Assembly: GCA_965658995.1 (NCBI GenBank)
Contig: CBFHVI010000005.1
Span: 5,349 to 69,348, forward strand
Reading direction: 5' to 3'
DNA from: Flavobacteriales bacterium
Lineage (GTDB): Bacteria; Bacteroidota; Bacteroidia; Flavobacteriales_D; CAJJDF01
Length of the DNA stretch: 64,000 bases
Shown: piece after piece, positions 1-9,775 of the stretch
Layout of the letters: each line of letters opens with the position of its first letter
How positions within the stretch are numbered: position 1 is the stretch's first letter
Notes under the pieces: model-generated
Databases searched by the model: none
The model's input: the letters and a program-made list of their open reading frames with translations, nothing else
What the model was told of the DNA's origin: nothing
Program-made: the position numbers and the translations under genes

Positions 1-102
1 TCAATTGACATTGCAGAGAAAGTGGTAAAAGGAAACTTAGCATCCGATGATAAACAAAAAGCTTTGGTCAACGAATTAGTAGAAGAAGTAAACCTTAACT
101 AA
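1..102 (+). CDS. atpF: ATP synthase F0 subunit b, C-terminal fragment (5' end outside window)
   Basis: Open frame from base 1 to TAA at 100-102 (SIDIAEKVVKGNLASDDKQKALVNELVEEVNLN*). It sits directly upstream of atpH in an atp operon. The call rests mainly on position. Confidence 0.6.
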   Translation, partial: SIDIAEKVVKGNLASDDKQKALVNELVEEVNLN

Positions 103-126
103 GGGTTTAACCATTTAACTCAAAAC

Positions 127-660
127 ATGAAAGATAGTAAAACAGCATCACGTTACGCAAAAGCACTTTTAGAGTTGTCACAAGAAGGTGGTGCGCTTGA
201 AGAGGTCTTTGCAGACATGAATTCTTTATCCGCAACGTTGGCAGAAAGTGCTGATTTACGTTCGTTGGTGAAGAATCCTGTGATAAAAGGGGAAGAAAAA
301 TCAAAAGTGTTCAAAGCCCTTTTTAGTTCTCAGTTTAACGAGATTACAATGAACACCATTGATTTGTTAGTAAACAAGAAACGAGAAACTCTACTTTCAG
401 AAACTGCAACCCAATTTGTGGGATTGTACAAAGCGAGTAAAAATATCGTTACGGCAGAAGTAAGCTCCGCTTTTTCGCTAGACGAAGAACAGAAAAAAAA
501 TATAGTTGCTCTATTAAAGCACGATGGTGAAGTAGAAATAATCGAAAAAATAGATCCTTCGCTTATCGGAGGTTTTATTGTGAGAGTGGGCGATAAGCAA
601 ATTGATGCGAGTGTCGCAACCAAATTCAAGAACCTGAGAAAAGAAATTTCTTTGAACTAA
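127..660 (+). CDS. atpH: ATP synthase F1 subunit delta (OSCP)
   Basis: 177 aa. N-terminal SRYAKALLELS and C-terminal GGFIVRVGDKQIDASV blocks are typical of delta/OSCP. It lies upstream of atpA. Confidence 0.85.
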   Translation: MKDSKTASRYAKALLELSQEGGALEEVFADMNSLSATLAESADLRSLVKNPVIKGEEKSKVFKALFSSQFNEITMNTIDLLVNKKRETLLSETATQFVGLYKASKNIVTAEVSSAFSLDEEQKKNIVALLKHDGEVEIIEKIDPSLIGGFIVRVGDKQIDASVATKFKNLRKEISLN

Positions 661-666
661 TTTAAT

Positions 667-1116
667 ATGAAAAAAATTGCACTTCTTTTTGCTCTTGCCT
701 TGCTAGTTTTTTCTTTCAACGAACTTGGAGATAAACTAAAGGTTAAGTTCAAAAAAGGGACAATTTTGGTAGAAAAGAAGCCTTGGGGTAAATATGAAAG
801 AACTGGTGGAAAAAGCTTTTATAGTACGTTGTTGGGAACAGAATTTGTGTCGGTAAATGGATTAAGTTATGGAACAGGAAAGTATTACAACGACAGCAAA
901 GGAGTAAGAAGAGAGTACATGCACTTTTATGCAGAACTTCATTTCTTAACGACAGACTTGGAAAAGTTTGAGACAGAGTTAGTGGGTAAATCATTGATTA
1001 GAGCCTTTATTAAAGAAGGTGTCATTGAGAATGACGAACTAAACATAGAGAACGTAAAGAAATTTAAAACGAAATACGAGGATAATATATCTGAAAAACG
1101 ATTTTTGACAAAATAA
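667..1116 (+). CDS. hypothetical secreted protein inserted in the atp operon
   Basis: 149-aa ORF with a signal-peptide-like N-terminus (MKKIALLFALALLVFSF). It starts 6 nt after atpH and ends 9 nt before atpA on the same strand. I recognise no family. Confidence 0.6.
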   Translation: MKKIALLFALALLVFSFNELGDKLKVKFKKGTILVEKKPWGKYERTGGKSFYSTLLGTEFVSVNGLSYGTGKYYNDSKGVRREYMHFYAELHFLTTDLEKFETELVGKSLIRAFIKEGVIENDELNIENVKKFKTKYEDNISEKRFLTK

Positions 1117-1125
1117 ATAAATCAA

Positions 1126-2700
1126 ATGGCAGGAATAAAACCAGCAGAAGTATCTGCAATTATCAAAGAGCAGCTATCAGGATTTAAAACTGAAGCTCAA
1201 TTAGAAGAAGTAGGAACTGTATTGCAAGTAGGTGATGGAGTTGCACGTATCCATGGATTGTCTAATGTACAATCAGGAGAGCTTATCGAATTCGAAGATG
1301 GATTGCAAGCAATTGTATTGAACTTGGAGGAAGATAATGTAGGTGCAGTACTTTTGGGATCTTCTGATGTGGTAAGAGAAGGTGCGTCTGTAAAAAGAAC
1401 AAACCGAATTGCCTCTATTAAAACTGGAGAAGGAATTGTCGGAAGAGTAGTAGATACATTGGGTCAGCCTATTGATGGAAAAGGTCCAATTGAAGGTGAA
1501 TTGTACGAAATGCCAATCGAAAGAAAGGCACCAGGTGTAATTTACAGACAACCAGTAACCGAGCCGCTTCAGACAGGAATTAAAGCAATTGATGCTATGA
1601 TTCCAGTGGGAAGAGGACAAAGAGAGTTGATTATTGGAGATAAGCAAACAGGTAAAACTACTGTAGCTATCGATACAATCATTAATCAAAAAGAATTTTA
1701 CGACAAAGGGGAACCAGTATATTGTGTGTATGTAGCAGTAGGTCAAAAAGCTTCTACAGTAGCAGGAATCGTAAAAAAATTAGAAGAAGCAGGTGCAATG
1801 GCATACACAACTATTGTAGCGGCAAATGCTTCGGATCCAGCACCACTTCAGTATTATGCACCATTTACGGGAGCAGCAATAGCTGAATTCTTTAGAGATA
1901 CGGGAAGACCTGCATTAATTGTTTATGACGATTTGTCGAAGCAGGCTGTGGCATACCGTGAGGTATCTCTTCTTTTGAAAAGACCTCCAGGAAGAGAAGC
2001 TTACCCAGGAGATGTTTTCTTCTTGCACTCAAGATTATTGGAAAGAGCTGCAAAGGTGATCGAAATTGATGACATTGCGAAAGAAATGAATGATTTACCA
2101 GAATCTATGAAAGGGATGGTAAAAGGAGGTGGTTCAATTACGGCACTGCCAATCATTGAAACACAAGCAGGTGATGTATCAGCATACATTCCAACCAACG
2201 TAATTTCAATTACTGATGGTCAAATTTTCTTGGAGCAAGATTTATTTAACTCAGGAGTGAGACCTGCAATTAATGTAGGAATCTCGGTATCGCGAGTAGG
2301 AGGTAACGCTCAAATTAAATCCATGAAGAAAGTAGCTGGAACATTGAAATTGGACCAAGCACAATACAGAGAATTGGAAGCGTTTGCTAAATTTGGTTCT
2401 GACCTAGATGCAAGTACAAAGGCAGTATTAGATAAAGGAGCAAGAAACGTTGAGTTATTGAAACAAAACGAAGGATCTCCACTATCGGTAGAGCACCAAA
2501 TTGCCGTATTGTATGTAGGAACCAAAGGATTGATTGGAAATGTACCAGTGAACAAAGTAAAACAGTTTGAGGAAGAATACATTGCATATTTAGAAGCGAA
2601 ACACAGAGATACTCTGGATTTATTGCAAGCTGGTAAGTATACAGATGAAGCAACTGATGTGCTGACACAAGTGGCAGCAGAATTGAGCGCTAAGTACTAA
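1126..2700 (+). CDS. atpA: ATP synthase F1 subunit alpha
   Basis: 524 aa. Walker A GDKQTGKT and the [22 protein letters not shown] block. Alpha-type N-terminus. Confidence 0.97.
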   Translation: MAGIKPAEVSAIIKEQLSGFKTEAQLEEVGTVLQVGDGVARIHGLSNVQSGELIEFEDGLQAIVLNLEEDNVGAVLLGSSDVVREGASVKRTNRIASIKTGEGIVGRVVDTLGQPIDGKGPIEGELYEMPIERKAPGVIYRQPVTEPLQTGIKAIDAMIPVGRGQRELIIGDKQTGKTTVAIDTIINQKEFYDKGEPVYCVYVAVGQKASTVAGIVKKLEEAGAMAYTTIVAANASDPAPLQYYAPFTGAAIAEFFRDTGRPALIVYDDLSKQAVAYREVSLLLKRPPGREAYPGDVFFLHSRLLERAAKVIEIDDIAKEMNDLPESMKGMVKGGGSITALPIIETQAGDVSAYIPTNVISITDGQIFLEQDLFNSGVRPAINVGISVSRVGGNAQIKSMKKVAGTLKLDQAQYRELEAFAKFGSDLDASTKAVLDKGARNVELLKQNEGSPLSVEHQIAVLYVGTKGLIGNVPVNKVKQFEEEYIAYLEAKHRDTLDLLQAGKYTDEATDVLTQVAAELSAKY

Positions 2701-2789
2701 AAAGAACATAGAAGAAGGAATATAGAAAAAAGAGAATAGAGTAAATAAGTATGTTTGTTTTCTTTTTTCTTTCATCTAACATCTAATAA
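2701..2789. repeat. purine tract followed by pyrimidine tract (potential hairpin) in the atpA-atpG spacer
   Basis: AGAAAAAAGA (2724-2733) is perfectly complementary to TCTTTTTTCT (2761-2770). The purine tract shares words (AGAGAATAGAG, TAGAGTAAA) with the tracts at 20621, 21907 and 22341. Confidence 0.5.
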
Positions 2790-3668
2790 ATGGCTAATTT
2801 AAAAGAAATACGTAATAGGATTACTTCGGTAAATTCAACAATGCAGATAACCTCTGCAATGAAGATGGTATCGGCTGCTAAGCTAAAAAGAGCTCAGGAT
2901 GCAATTACCCAATTGTTGCCTTACGCCAATAAACTTCAAGAAATTCAAATGAACTTAAGTTCGAGTTTGGACAGTTCAGAAGGAGTTTACTCACAAGAAA
3001 GAGAGGTGAAGAATGTATTGTTTGTCGCAGTTACCTCGAACAGAGGACTGTGCGGAGGATTCAATAACAACGTAAATAAAAAAGTGGCCTTACTTGCAAA
3101 AGAATATCCAAATTCTAATGTGCATTTCATGGCAATTGGTAAAAAAGCTCAGGAGTTCTCTAAGAAAAACTTTGCAGCGACAAATATGCCTGAGATTCCA
3201 ACAGATTTAGAGAAGATTTACAATGATTTGAATTTTAATTCAGTGGCAGAAGTCGCTGAACTAATCATGGATTGGTTCAAAGAAGAAAAAGTAGACAAAG
3301 TTGTAATGGTTTACAATCATTTTGTAAATGCAGCAAACCAAACTGTAATGACTGAACAATTTTTACCGATTGAAAAGGTGGAAATGGAAGATTCATCAGT
3401 AAGTAATGCCGATTACATATTTGTTCCATCAAAAGAGAGAATCATCGCTGATATAGTGCCTAAATCATTGAAAGTACAATTGTACAAAGGAGTATTAGAT
3501 TCTCACGCTGGTGAGCATGGTGCTAGGATGACAGCGATGCACAAAGCAACCGATAATGCAGGTGATATGTTGTTTGACCTTAAATTGACATACAACAAAG
3601 CAAGACAAGCGGCCATTACCAACGAAATCCTTGAGATTGTAGGCGGAGCTGAAGCACTCAAGAACTAA
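2790..3668 (+). CDS. atpG: ATP synthase F1 subunit gamma
   Basis: 292 aa. N-terminal MANLKEIRNRITSVNSTMQITSAMKMVSAAKLKRAQ and C-terminal ITNEILEIVGGAEAL are gamma hallmarks. Confidence 0.93.
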   Translation: MANLKEIRNRITSVNSTMQITSAMKMVSAAKLKRAQDAITQLLPYANKLQEIQMNLSSSLDSSEGVYSQEREVKNVLFVAVTSNRGLCGGFNNNVNKKVALLAKEYPNSNVHFMAIGKKAQEFSKKNFAATNMPEIPTDLEKIYNDLNFNSVAEVAELIMDWFKEEKVDKVVMVYNHFVNAANQTVMTEQFLPIEKVEMEDSSVSNADYIFVPSKERIIADIVPKSLKVQLYKGVLDSHAGEHGARMTAMHKATDNAGDMLFDLKLTYNKARQAAITNEILEIVGGAEALKN

Positions 3669-3691
3669 GTTTGAACGAATATAAAGTTGAA

Positions 3692-3720
3692 AGCTCTAAC
3701 GAAAGTTAGGGCTTTTTTTT
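3692..3720 (+). terminator. rho-independent terminator after atpG
   Basis: AGCTCTAAC-GAAA-GTTAGGGCT stem (one G.U pair) followed by a T7 run. Confidence 0.75.
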
Positions 3721-3825
3721 GCGATAACACAAGCCAAAGAGAAAGAATGGCAACAGTGCTTGAAAGATAACCGGTTGGTACAGAAATTAACCAGTAGATA
3801 ACGAATCTTTTTTAGCAAATTCGTT

Positions 3826-5418
3826 CTACAATTTCCAGTTCTCTGTGAGGTCCCAATTAGAGCGAATTTCAATTTGCGTTGGGAAGAAAAATACCGGTTC
3901 TGGTTTCTTTTTTAAATAGTAATCACCAGTGTCCCATTTTCCATTTTTATTCACGTCTTCAATAGCTTTTAGCGCATATTTTCCGGGTTTGAGTCGCAAG
4001 AACGAAACAGAAGACTCGCCCATAAATTTTTGAGACTTAACTTGCTTCCCTTCCTCATTTAAGAGGTAAAGTAAGTAGCTTACCGAGTCATTTTTGGGAA
4101 AAGCTTTGAGTGTAAAGCTTCCAAAGTAACTATCTTTTTTAACAGAAATAACACCCGCAACAGTATCGGTAAGGGAAAATTCAAAAATATCTTCCACAGA
4201 GTTGGGTAATAGCTGATATTTGTAGGTTTGATCTTCCTTTTTTGAGAAATACAGATTGAGCGACTTCAGGACGTAAGAAACGCTATCAATTGCCACAAGA
4301 GTAGTATCTTTTATAATAGAAATTAAATTTTGGTTTACACTGGAAATGGGTCTGTTAAATTCAATGGAAAGCGGAGCCTTTTTGTCTATGCTTCTGTCTG
4401 AATTCTTGAAAGTAAACTCCTCTTTCTGAGATTTAGGAGTTGGTTGATAAACATTAATTATTTCAGTGCTTGTATCCGTTGTTATGGTTAGCTGAGCTTT
4501 TTCTTTTCCCAAACTCAACCCCCAAAGAACCAGCGAATCTCGTTCTGTGTTCATCTCACTTTTTATAAAACTGACAGGTACACTGTCCGTATGTACAATA
4601 TTCCAATGTTTTAGAGAACGGGCAAAAGTGAGAGTAAGTTTTCCGGGATATTCAAATTTTTTGCTCGTAACAGATTGTTTGATGTAATCCTGAGTGAACA
4701 AAGAAAGGATGTGGTAGGAGGTTACGGTGTCTTCATCAAGTGAGATGATTGAGTCGATCGTACCAATTTGTTCATTCGGTAAGTCATAGAGAAAGTTTCT
4801 GTTTTCGTCTTTTAAAGCGAATAATTTATACGCTCCCTTTTTTATATTACTCAAGGAGTACTTTCCTTCTTTATTGGTAATAGCATAATAAACAGGACGT
4901 TCTTTGGAAACGACAGAGTCTTGGGTGTTTTCGTACAACATCACCAATACATTGTACTGTGGTTTTCCAGAAAAAGCGTTAATTACCTTGCCAGATGTAT
5001 TCATTGAGTCAATGAAACTACCTGTTGAGAACACAAACTTAAAATCAGGTAAGGCGTTACCAACGGTGTAATCCGATATGGCATCACCGAAGTTCACGGT
5101 GTAGGTTGTATTGGGTTTGAGATCGTTATTAAGATGAATAGTAAGCGTTTTTCCCTTTATCACAAATTCCGGTTCGTTTTCAATACTCGGTGAGAAAAAC
5201 ACATGTTGTTTAGGATTTTTCAAGACAAAGTATTCATTGAATGCCAAAACCAGTTTGTCTCCCTCAAAGTAAGTGGAATAATTCAGGGGAATGGTTCCAA
5301 TACTATCCAAAAAAGGAGGAGATGTATCAGGTGTTCCTCCATTAGGTGCCGCGATTTGTGCGCAACTTTGCATCAACCAGAATGCAAAAAAAATAGAGAT
5401 GTAATAAAATAATTTCAT
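3826..5418 (-). CDS. Ig-like domain lipoprotein, function unknown
   Basis: 530 aa. Lipobox LMQSC. N-terminal APNGGTPDTSPPFL block as in SbsA/Big_5-type Ig domains. C-terminal DVNKNGKWDTGDY resembles DUF2141-type domains. Confidence 0.6.
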   Translation of the reverse strand: MKLFYYISIFFAFWLMQSCAQIAAPNGGTPDTSPPFLDSIGTIPLNYSTYFEGDKLVLAFNEYFVLKNPKQHVFFSPSIENEPEFVIKGKTLTIHLNNDLKPNTTYTVNFGDAISDYTVGNALPDFKFVFSTGSFIDSMNTSGKVINAFSGKPQYNVLVMLYENTQDSVVSKERPVYYAITNKEGKYSLSNIKKGAYKLFALKDENRNFLYDLPNEQIGTIDSIISLDEDTVTSYHILSLFTQDYIKQSVTSKKFEYPGKLTLTFARSLKHWNIVHTDSVPVSFIKSEMNTERDSLVLWGLSLGKEKAQLTITTDTSTEIINVYQPTPKSQKEEFTFKNSDRSIDKKAPLSIEFNRPISSVNQNLISIIKDTTLVAIDSVSYVLKSLNLYFSKKEDQTYKYQLLPNSVEDIFEFSLTDTVAGVISVKKDSYFGSFTLKAFPKNDSVSYLLYLLNEEGKQVKSQKFMGESSVSFLRLKPGKYALKAIEDVNKNGKWDTGDYYLKKKPEPVFFFPTQIEIRSNWDLTENWKL

Positions 5419-5442
5419 GGGAATATAAGAGTAACCAAAAAG

Positions 5443-5916
5443 TTAGAAGTTTATTTCATTGAGTAACTGAGTTAGGTTCTTTTCATCAATTGTATCAAAT
5501 GTATCCAATTCTTTGCTATCCACATCTAATATCGCTATTACTTCGTTGTTTTTAACTATAGGAATTACTATTTCTGATCTTGATAATGAGCTGCAAGCAA
5601 TATGTCCTTCAAATTGTTCGACATCGGGTACAATAAGTGTTTTTTGTTTTTCCCACGAAGTTCCACATACTCCCTGTCCTTTGGGAATTCTGGTGCAAGC
5701 AACGGGCCCTTGGAAGGGTCCCAAAACCAGAGTGTCCTCTTTTACAAGGTAAAATCCAACCCACAAAAATCCGAAGGCTTCTTTCAGTCCAGCCGCTACA
5801 TTCGCTAGATTCGCAACAAGATCGTTTTCGTTAGCAATTAATGATTTAAGTTGAGGAATTAATTCTTGATACAACTCCTCTTTGGTGGTCTTTGTTAAGA
5901 GTAAATCTTCTGCCAT
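5443..5916 (-). CDS. msrC: GAF-domain free methionine-(R)-sulfoxide reductase
   Basis: 157 aa. FQGPVACTRIPKGQGVCG...GHIACSS..SEIVIPI reproduces the YebR/fRMsr cysteine pattern. Confidence 0.8.
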   Translation of the reverse strand: MAEDLLLTKTTKEELYQELIPQLKSLIANENDLVANLANVAAGLKEAFGFLWVGFYLVKEDTLVLGPFQGPVACTRIPKGQGVCGTSWEKQKTLIVPDVEQFEGHIACSSLSRSEIVIPIVKNNEVIAILDVDSKELDTFDTIDEKNLTQLLNEINF

Positions 5917-5917
5917 A

Positions 5918-7066
5918 TTATTTTGTTAAATCATTCCCGAACGCCTCCATCATTTTATAGAAAATTTGGGTGTTGTCGTAAATTCCAGAAAAATTCTTAG
6001 CCCCTTTTCCATAAGCAAATACGGGAATCATAGATGCGCTATGATGTTTTGTAGAGAAGCCTCCGGTGAGCGAGGAACCATCTAATTCTCCTTCAATGAT
6101 AGCATATCCGCCAGTTTCGTGATCTGCGGTAATAATTACTAGTGTTTCACCATTTTGATCGGCATAATCAAGAGCAATCTTTATCGTTTCATTGAAATCA
6201 AGCATTTCATTAATAATATATTCCGAATCATTATTGTGGCCTCCCCAATCTATTTGTGATCCTTCGACCAGCAAAAAGAATCCATTTGTATCTTTCTTCA
6301 AAATATCAATGGCTTTTTGAGTAGCCAAAGGAAGTATAGGTCCTCTGCTCGGTGCCTCGTCTCCTTCCGAAAAAACACGTTTTCCGGGTTGAGTGGGCGA
6401 ATAGAGATACGCTAACTTAAAAATTTCTTTGGTGTCAAAGTTAGAAGTTAATGTGTCTGGAATGGTGTAGCCTTTTTCAGTTAATTCTTGTAGTAAGTTT
6501 CTTCCATCCTTTCTCGTTTCAAAATATTTTTTTCCACCCCCAATAAGCACATCTACTCCACTATTTACGAACTGCTCCGAGATAGCCTCATTGGCGTCAT
6601 ATCTCCGCGAATAGTGGGCATAGAAACAAGCAGGAGTTGCATGCGTTACAGTGCTTGTTACCACAATCCCGGTGGCTTTTTTGTTTTCTTCGGCATATTC
6701 TACAAATGTTTTATAATTTGCAGAATCCTCCATCGCTTGAGAAATCATTCCATTTCTTGTTTTCTTACCCGTGGCAAAAGCCGTGGCACCAGCCGAGGAA
6801 TCCGTAATAAGTTCCTTTTTAGAATTTGTTTTTATCAGTCCAATAGTGTTGCATCTTTCTAGCTCCAATCTATTCCCGTTTCGGTACATTCCTGCGGTAA
6901 TTTGTGATATTCCCATTCCGTCCCCAATCAGTAGAATTATATTTTTTGGGGTAGAATTTGAATTTTCTTGGGACTTGTTCGGGTCTTCAGGCTCTCCCGA
7001 GGTGTTCTCTTTGCAAGAAAACAAAACAACGAGAGAGACCAATAAAAAGGTGAGTGACTGTTTCAT
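5918..7066 (-). CDS. alkaline phosphatase family lipoprotein
   Basis: 382 aa. Signal with Cys (VVLFSC). DGMG, TDSSAGATAFATG, ADHETGG and HHSASMIPVFAYG motifs. Confidence 0.85.
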   Translation of the reverse strand: MKQSLTFLLVSLVVLFSCKENTSGEPEDPNKSQENSNSTPKNIILLIGDGMGISQITAGMYRNGNRLELERCNTIGLIKTNSKKELITDSSAGATAFATGKKTRNGMISQAMEDSANYKTFVEYAEENKKATGIVVTSTVTHATPACFYAHYSRRYDANEAISEQFVNSGVDVLIGGGKKYFETRKDGRNLLQELTEKGYTIPDTLTSNFDTKEIFKLAYLYSPTQPGKRVFSEGDEAPSRGPILPLATQKAIDILKKDTNGFFLLVEGSQIDWGGHNNDSEYIINEMLDFNETIKIALDYADQNGETLVIITADHETGGYAIIEGELDGSSLTGGFSTKHHSASMIPVFAYGKGAKNFSGIYDNTQIFYKMMEAFGNDLTK

Positions 7067-7085
7067 TTAGGTATATTCGGTTTAT

Positions 7086-7093
7086 CAAAGATA
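7086..7093 (-). promoter_or_regulatory. Bacteroidota -7 promoter box (TATCTTTG) for the phosphatase/msrC unit
   Basis: Exact TAnnTTTG match on the minus strand, 19 nt upstream of the ATG at 7066. Confidence 0.5.
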
Positions 7094-7109
7094 AAAAAAC
7101 GGAATGGGT

Positions 7110-7808
7110 TTAACTGAAAATCATTTCTAAAACAGGCAAAGATTTTAATTCGCGCATTTCTGTGTGATAACGGTAGTAAGTGAGGATGAGTTGTAAACCT
7201 CTCTTTCTAGCCCTATTCGATAAGTTAATTTCACTTTTTGTTTCAAAACTTGCTTCGCAAAGACTCTGAAAAAGGACTGTTTCTTCTTGGTCAAAAAAAT
7301 GTGAATGGGTGGGAGTAGAAAAAGTTAAGTCTCCTTCAGCATAATCGTAGTAAGTTCCTTTGCCATGTATGTCGGGCTCAAATCCAAGGAAAGAAGTGAG
7401 CTGAACTAAAAATAGTAAATGAAAATTTGGGTCAAATTGTTCTTTTTCAAGTTCCATGATTTTAGACTCGAGGAAGGTAAATTTTTGGGGATTTGCCTCT
7501 TCTTCTTGAATTACTTGGTTCAGTACTTCATTGATAAAAATGAGAACATTGGATTTGTAAATGTTCTGATAAACATCTCGAAGAGGAAAGGCGAGCTCGT
7601 ATTCTTTCAACGAATAAATCGTTTTTTTTGGTTGCTGAAATCCAGTGATATTAACGATTGATAAAGGCAAGTATTTATTTTTATTTTGTTTGCTCGTTCT
7701 ACCAAAGTAGGAACGTATACCGAATTGGGCGGTGAATATTTTCACTAAAAACCCTCCTCCGGTTAGTTTGACTTTACGCAGTAATATTCCTTGTGATTTA
7801 TGATACAT
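7110..7808 (-). CDS. recO: DNA repair protein RecO
   Basis: 232 aa. N-terminal OB-fold-like pattern (SQGILLRKVKLTGGGFLVKIFT) and length typical of Bacteroidota RecO. Confidence 0.75.
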   Translation of the reverse strand: MYHKSQGILLRKVKLTGGGFLVKIFTAQFGIRSYFGRTSKQNKNKYLPLSIVNITGFQQPKKTIYSLKEYELAFPLRDVYQNIYKSNVLIFINEVLNQVIQEEEANPQKFTFLESKIMELEKEQFDPNFHLLFLVQLTSFLGFEPDIHGKGTYYDYAEGDLTFSTPTHSHFFDQEETVLFQSLCEASFETKSEINLSNRARKRGLQLILTYYRYHTEMRELKSLPVLEMIFS

Positions 7809-7919
7809 CCTGTACTTGTTGAGCGTAATAAATAGGAAATTTCGGGTGACACATAATTTGATTCTTTTTCTCGACCGATACTTTATTGTGTTTTTCTATT
7901 TCCAATGCCTCAAAGGTAT

Positions 7920-7927
7920 TATATTTG
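7920..7927 (+). promoter_or_regulatory. -7 promoter box (TATATTTG) upstream of dusB
   Basis: Exact TAnnTTTG match, 12 nt before ATG 7940 and 30 nt before the alternative TTG at 7958. Confidence 0.5.
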
Positions 7928-7939
7928 TTCCTCAGTTGA

Positions 7940-8947
7940 ATGAATTATATTTTTTTTTTGGTAAAAATAGCCGACATAGAACTTGGGGATTTCCCCTTGC
8001 TGCTTGCTCCCATGGAGGATGTGAGCGATCCTCCTTTCCGTGCTTTGTGTAAGCAGCATGGAGCCGATCTGATGTATACCGAATTTATTTCCTCAGAAGG
8101 ATTGATTCGCGATGCGGCTAAAAGTGTCAGAAAGCTGGATATTTTTGAATACGAAAGGCCCGTAGGTATTCAAATTTTTGGTTCAAACATTGAATCCATG
8201 AGAAAAGCGACTGAGGTAACCCAAGGTGCTAACCCAGACATTATTGACATAAACTATGGATGTCCCGTAAAAAAAGTGGCTGGAAAAGGAGCGGGAGCAG
8301 GTATTTTACAGGATGTGCCAAAAATGGTTGAGATGACCAAGGAAATTGTACGTTCCACGCATTTGCCAGTCACGGTAAAAACCCGTCTGGGATGGGATGA
8401 TAACTCCAAATACATTGTGGAGGTTTCCGAAAGATTGCAAGATGTAGGAATTCAAGCAATTTCGATTCATGGTAGAACCCGAAAACAAATGTACAAAGGC
8501 GAGGCAGATTGGTCGTTAATCGCGGAAGTTAAGAACAATCCCCGAATGACTATTCCTGTGTTTGGGAATGGAGACGTTAATTCTCCTCAAAAAGCGGTTG
8601 AATATAAGAATCGATATGGAGTGGATGGCGTAATGATAGGAAGAGCGAGTATCGGAAACCCTTGGTTTTTTGATCAAGTAAAACACTTTATTAGAACCGG
8701 AGAAGAATTGGCATTGCCCACAATAAATGAACGCGTAGATGTGGTTAAAAAACACCTAGAAATGTCATTGGAATGGAAAGGTGAACATGAGGGAATAGTG
8801 GAAATGAGAAGGCACTATGCCAACTATTTTAAGGGAATTAGAGATTTTAAACCTCTCCGGATGAAACTAGTAACCACCATGGAAGTTGAGGAGATATTCA
8901 ATACTCTTGAAGAAATCAAGAATTTTAATTTTTCCTACGAAGTATAG
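7940..8947 (+). CDS. dusB: tRNA-dihydrouridine synthase B
   Basis: LLLAPMEDVSDPPFR, NYGCPVKKV and SIHGRTR motifs. The true start may be TTG 7958, giving (M)VKIADIEL, which looks more like typical N-termini. Confidence 0.88.
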   Translation: MNYIFFLVKIADIELGDFPLLLAPMEDVSDPPFRALCKQHGADLMYTEFISSEGLIRDAAKSVRKLDIFEYERPVGIQIFGSNIESMRKATEVTQGANPDIIDINYGCPVKKVAGKGAGAGILQDVPKMVEMTKEIVRSTHLPVTVKTRLGWDDNSKYIVEVSERLQDVGIQAISIHGRTRKQMYKGEADWSLIAEVKNNPRMTIPVFGNGDVNSPQKAVEYKNRYGVDGVMIGRASIGNPWFFDQVKHFIRTGEELALPTINERVDVVKKHLEMSLEWKGEHEGIVEMRRHYANYFKGIRDFKPLRMKLVTTMEVEEIFNTLEEIKNFNFSYEV

Positions 8948-9687
8948 CTCTTAAGTAGTTTGTATTTCTGCTTGGTTTCCCAATATGTAATTCGTGCTAT
9001 TACCCAGCCATACTTGCCATCTAAGAAACCTCTATGAAGAAGATAGCTTGAAACAAATCGAGAAATAGGACTAAAAATAATTTTGAACCAACTCGACTTT
9101 TTTCCAGCTTCGTGGTACGCTTTTGCAGCAATGTTAGAGAACTTTTCTGCTTGCCTCCAGTGTTCTTCAATTGTGTAATAACTGTAATGTAACAAATCAC
9201 CCTTAATATGTTGTCCTTTGTTTCCTGATTTCAAAAGAAAAGTATCATGTGGATTTTTTCCACCCCATTCCCCTTTTGATGAGTCCCAAAGTCTTAATTT
9301 TATATCGGGATACCAATGGCCGTGCTTAATCCATTTTCCGCAATAATTTGTCATTCTATTAAACGAATAACCTTCACCTTCCCAGTGTTTCTTCACTTTT
9401 AAAATGGATTGCCGCAGCTCTTCAGAAAGTGCTTCATCTGCATCCAAAGAAAGAACATAATGGTATGTTGCTTGTGAAATTGCCCAGTTTTTTTGTTGAA
9501 TATGTCCTTCAAAAACATGTTCTACGAACTTTACTGCATGCTTGTCGCAAATTTTCTTAGTCGAGTCCGTGGAGAAAGAATCGACCACTACAATCTCGTC
9601 TGCCACATCTTTCAAAGAAGCAATACACCTCTCAATGTTTTTTTCTTCGTTATAAGTGATGATTACCGCGCTTAATTTTATTTGCAT
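8935..9687 (-). CDS. family 2 glycosyltransferase
   Basis: KLSAVIITYNEEKNIERC...VVVDSFSTD...DADE motifs. Start moved to Met17 (9687) because a terminator and a -7 box occupy 9708-9758. Confidence 0.8.
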   Translation of the reverse strand: MQIKLSAVIITYNEEKNIERCIASLKDVADEIVVVDSFSTDSTKKICDKHAVKFVEHVFEGHIQQKNWAISQATYHYVLSLDADEALSEELRQSILKVKKHWEGEGYSFNRMTNYCGKWIKHGHWYPDIKLRLWDSSKGEWGGKNPHDTFLLKSGNKGQHIKGDLLHYSYYTIEEHWRQAEKFSNIAAKAYHEAGKKSSWFKIIFSPISRFVSSYLLHRGFLDGKYGWVIARITYWETKQKYKLLKSYTS

Positions 9688-9707
9688 AGAAATGATTGTC
9701 TCAAGAA

Positions 9708-9715
9708 CAAAGATA
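9708..9715 (-). promoter_or_regulatory. -7 promoter box (TATCTTTG) for the GT2 gene
   Basis: Exact TAnnTTTG match on the minus strand, 20 nt upstream of ATG 9687. Confidence 0.5.
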
Positions 9716-9758
9716 AAAAAAAGAGCCTTATCCAATTTGTATGGATAAGGCTCTTTTT
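9714..9758 (-). terminator. rho-independent terminator after the 616-aa T9SS gene
   Basis: Perfect 12-bp stem AGAGCCTTATCC/GGATAAGGCTCT (9722-9733 / 9743-9754). A T-run follows on the minus strand and T4 on the plus strand. Confidence 0.75.
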
Positions 9759-9775
9759 AATTACAGAATAGTTTT

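Noticed and set aside
1273-1746. 157-aa antisense ORF inside atpA, and similar antisense ORFs at 2001-2668
   Set aside because: It is fully embedded in a strongly recognisable conserved gene on the other strand. Its composition is low-complexity and Cys/Ser-rich, and it has no start context of its own.
7950-7959. T10 homopolymer at the 5' end of dusB as a phase-variation switch
   Set aside because: It probably lies in the short 5' UTR if the TTG 7958 start is used, and a housekeeping tRNA-modification gene is an unlikely contingency locus. I noted it under the dusB start ambiguity instead.
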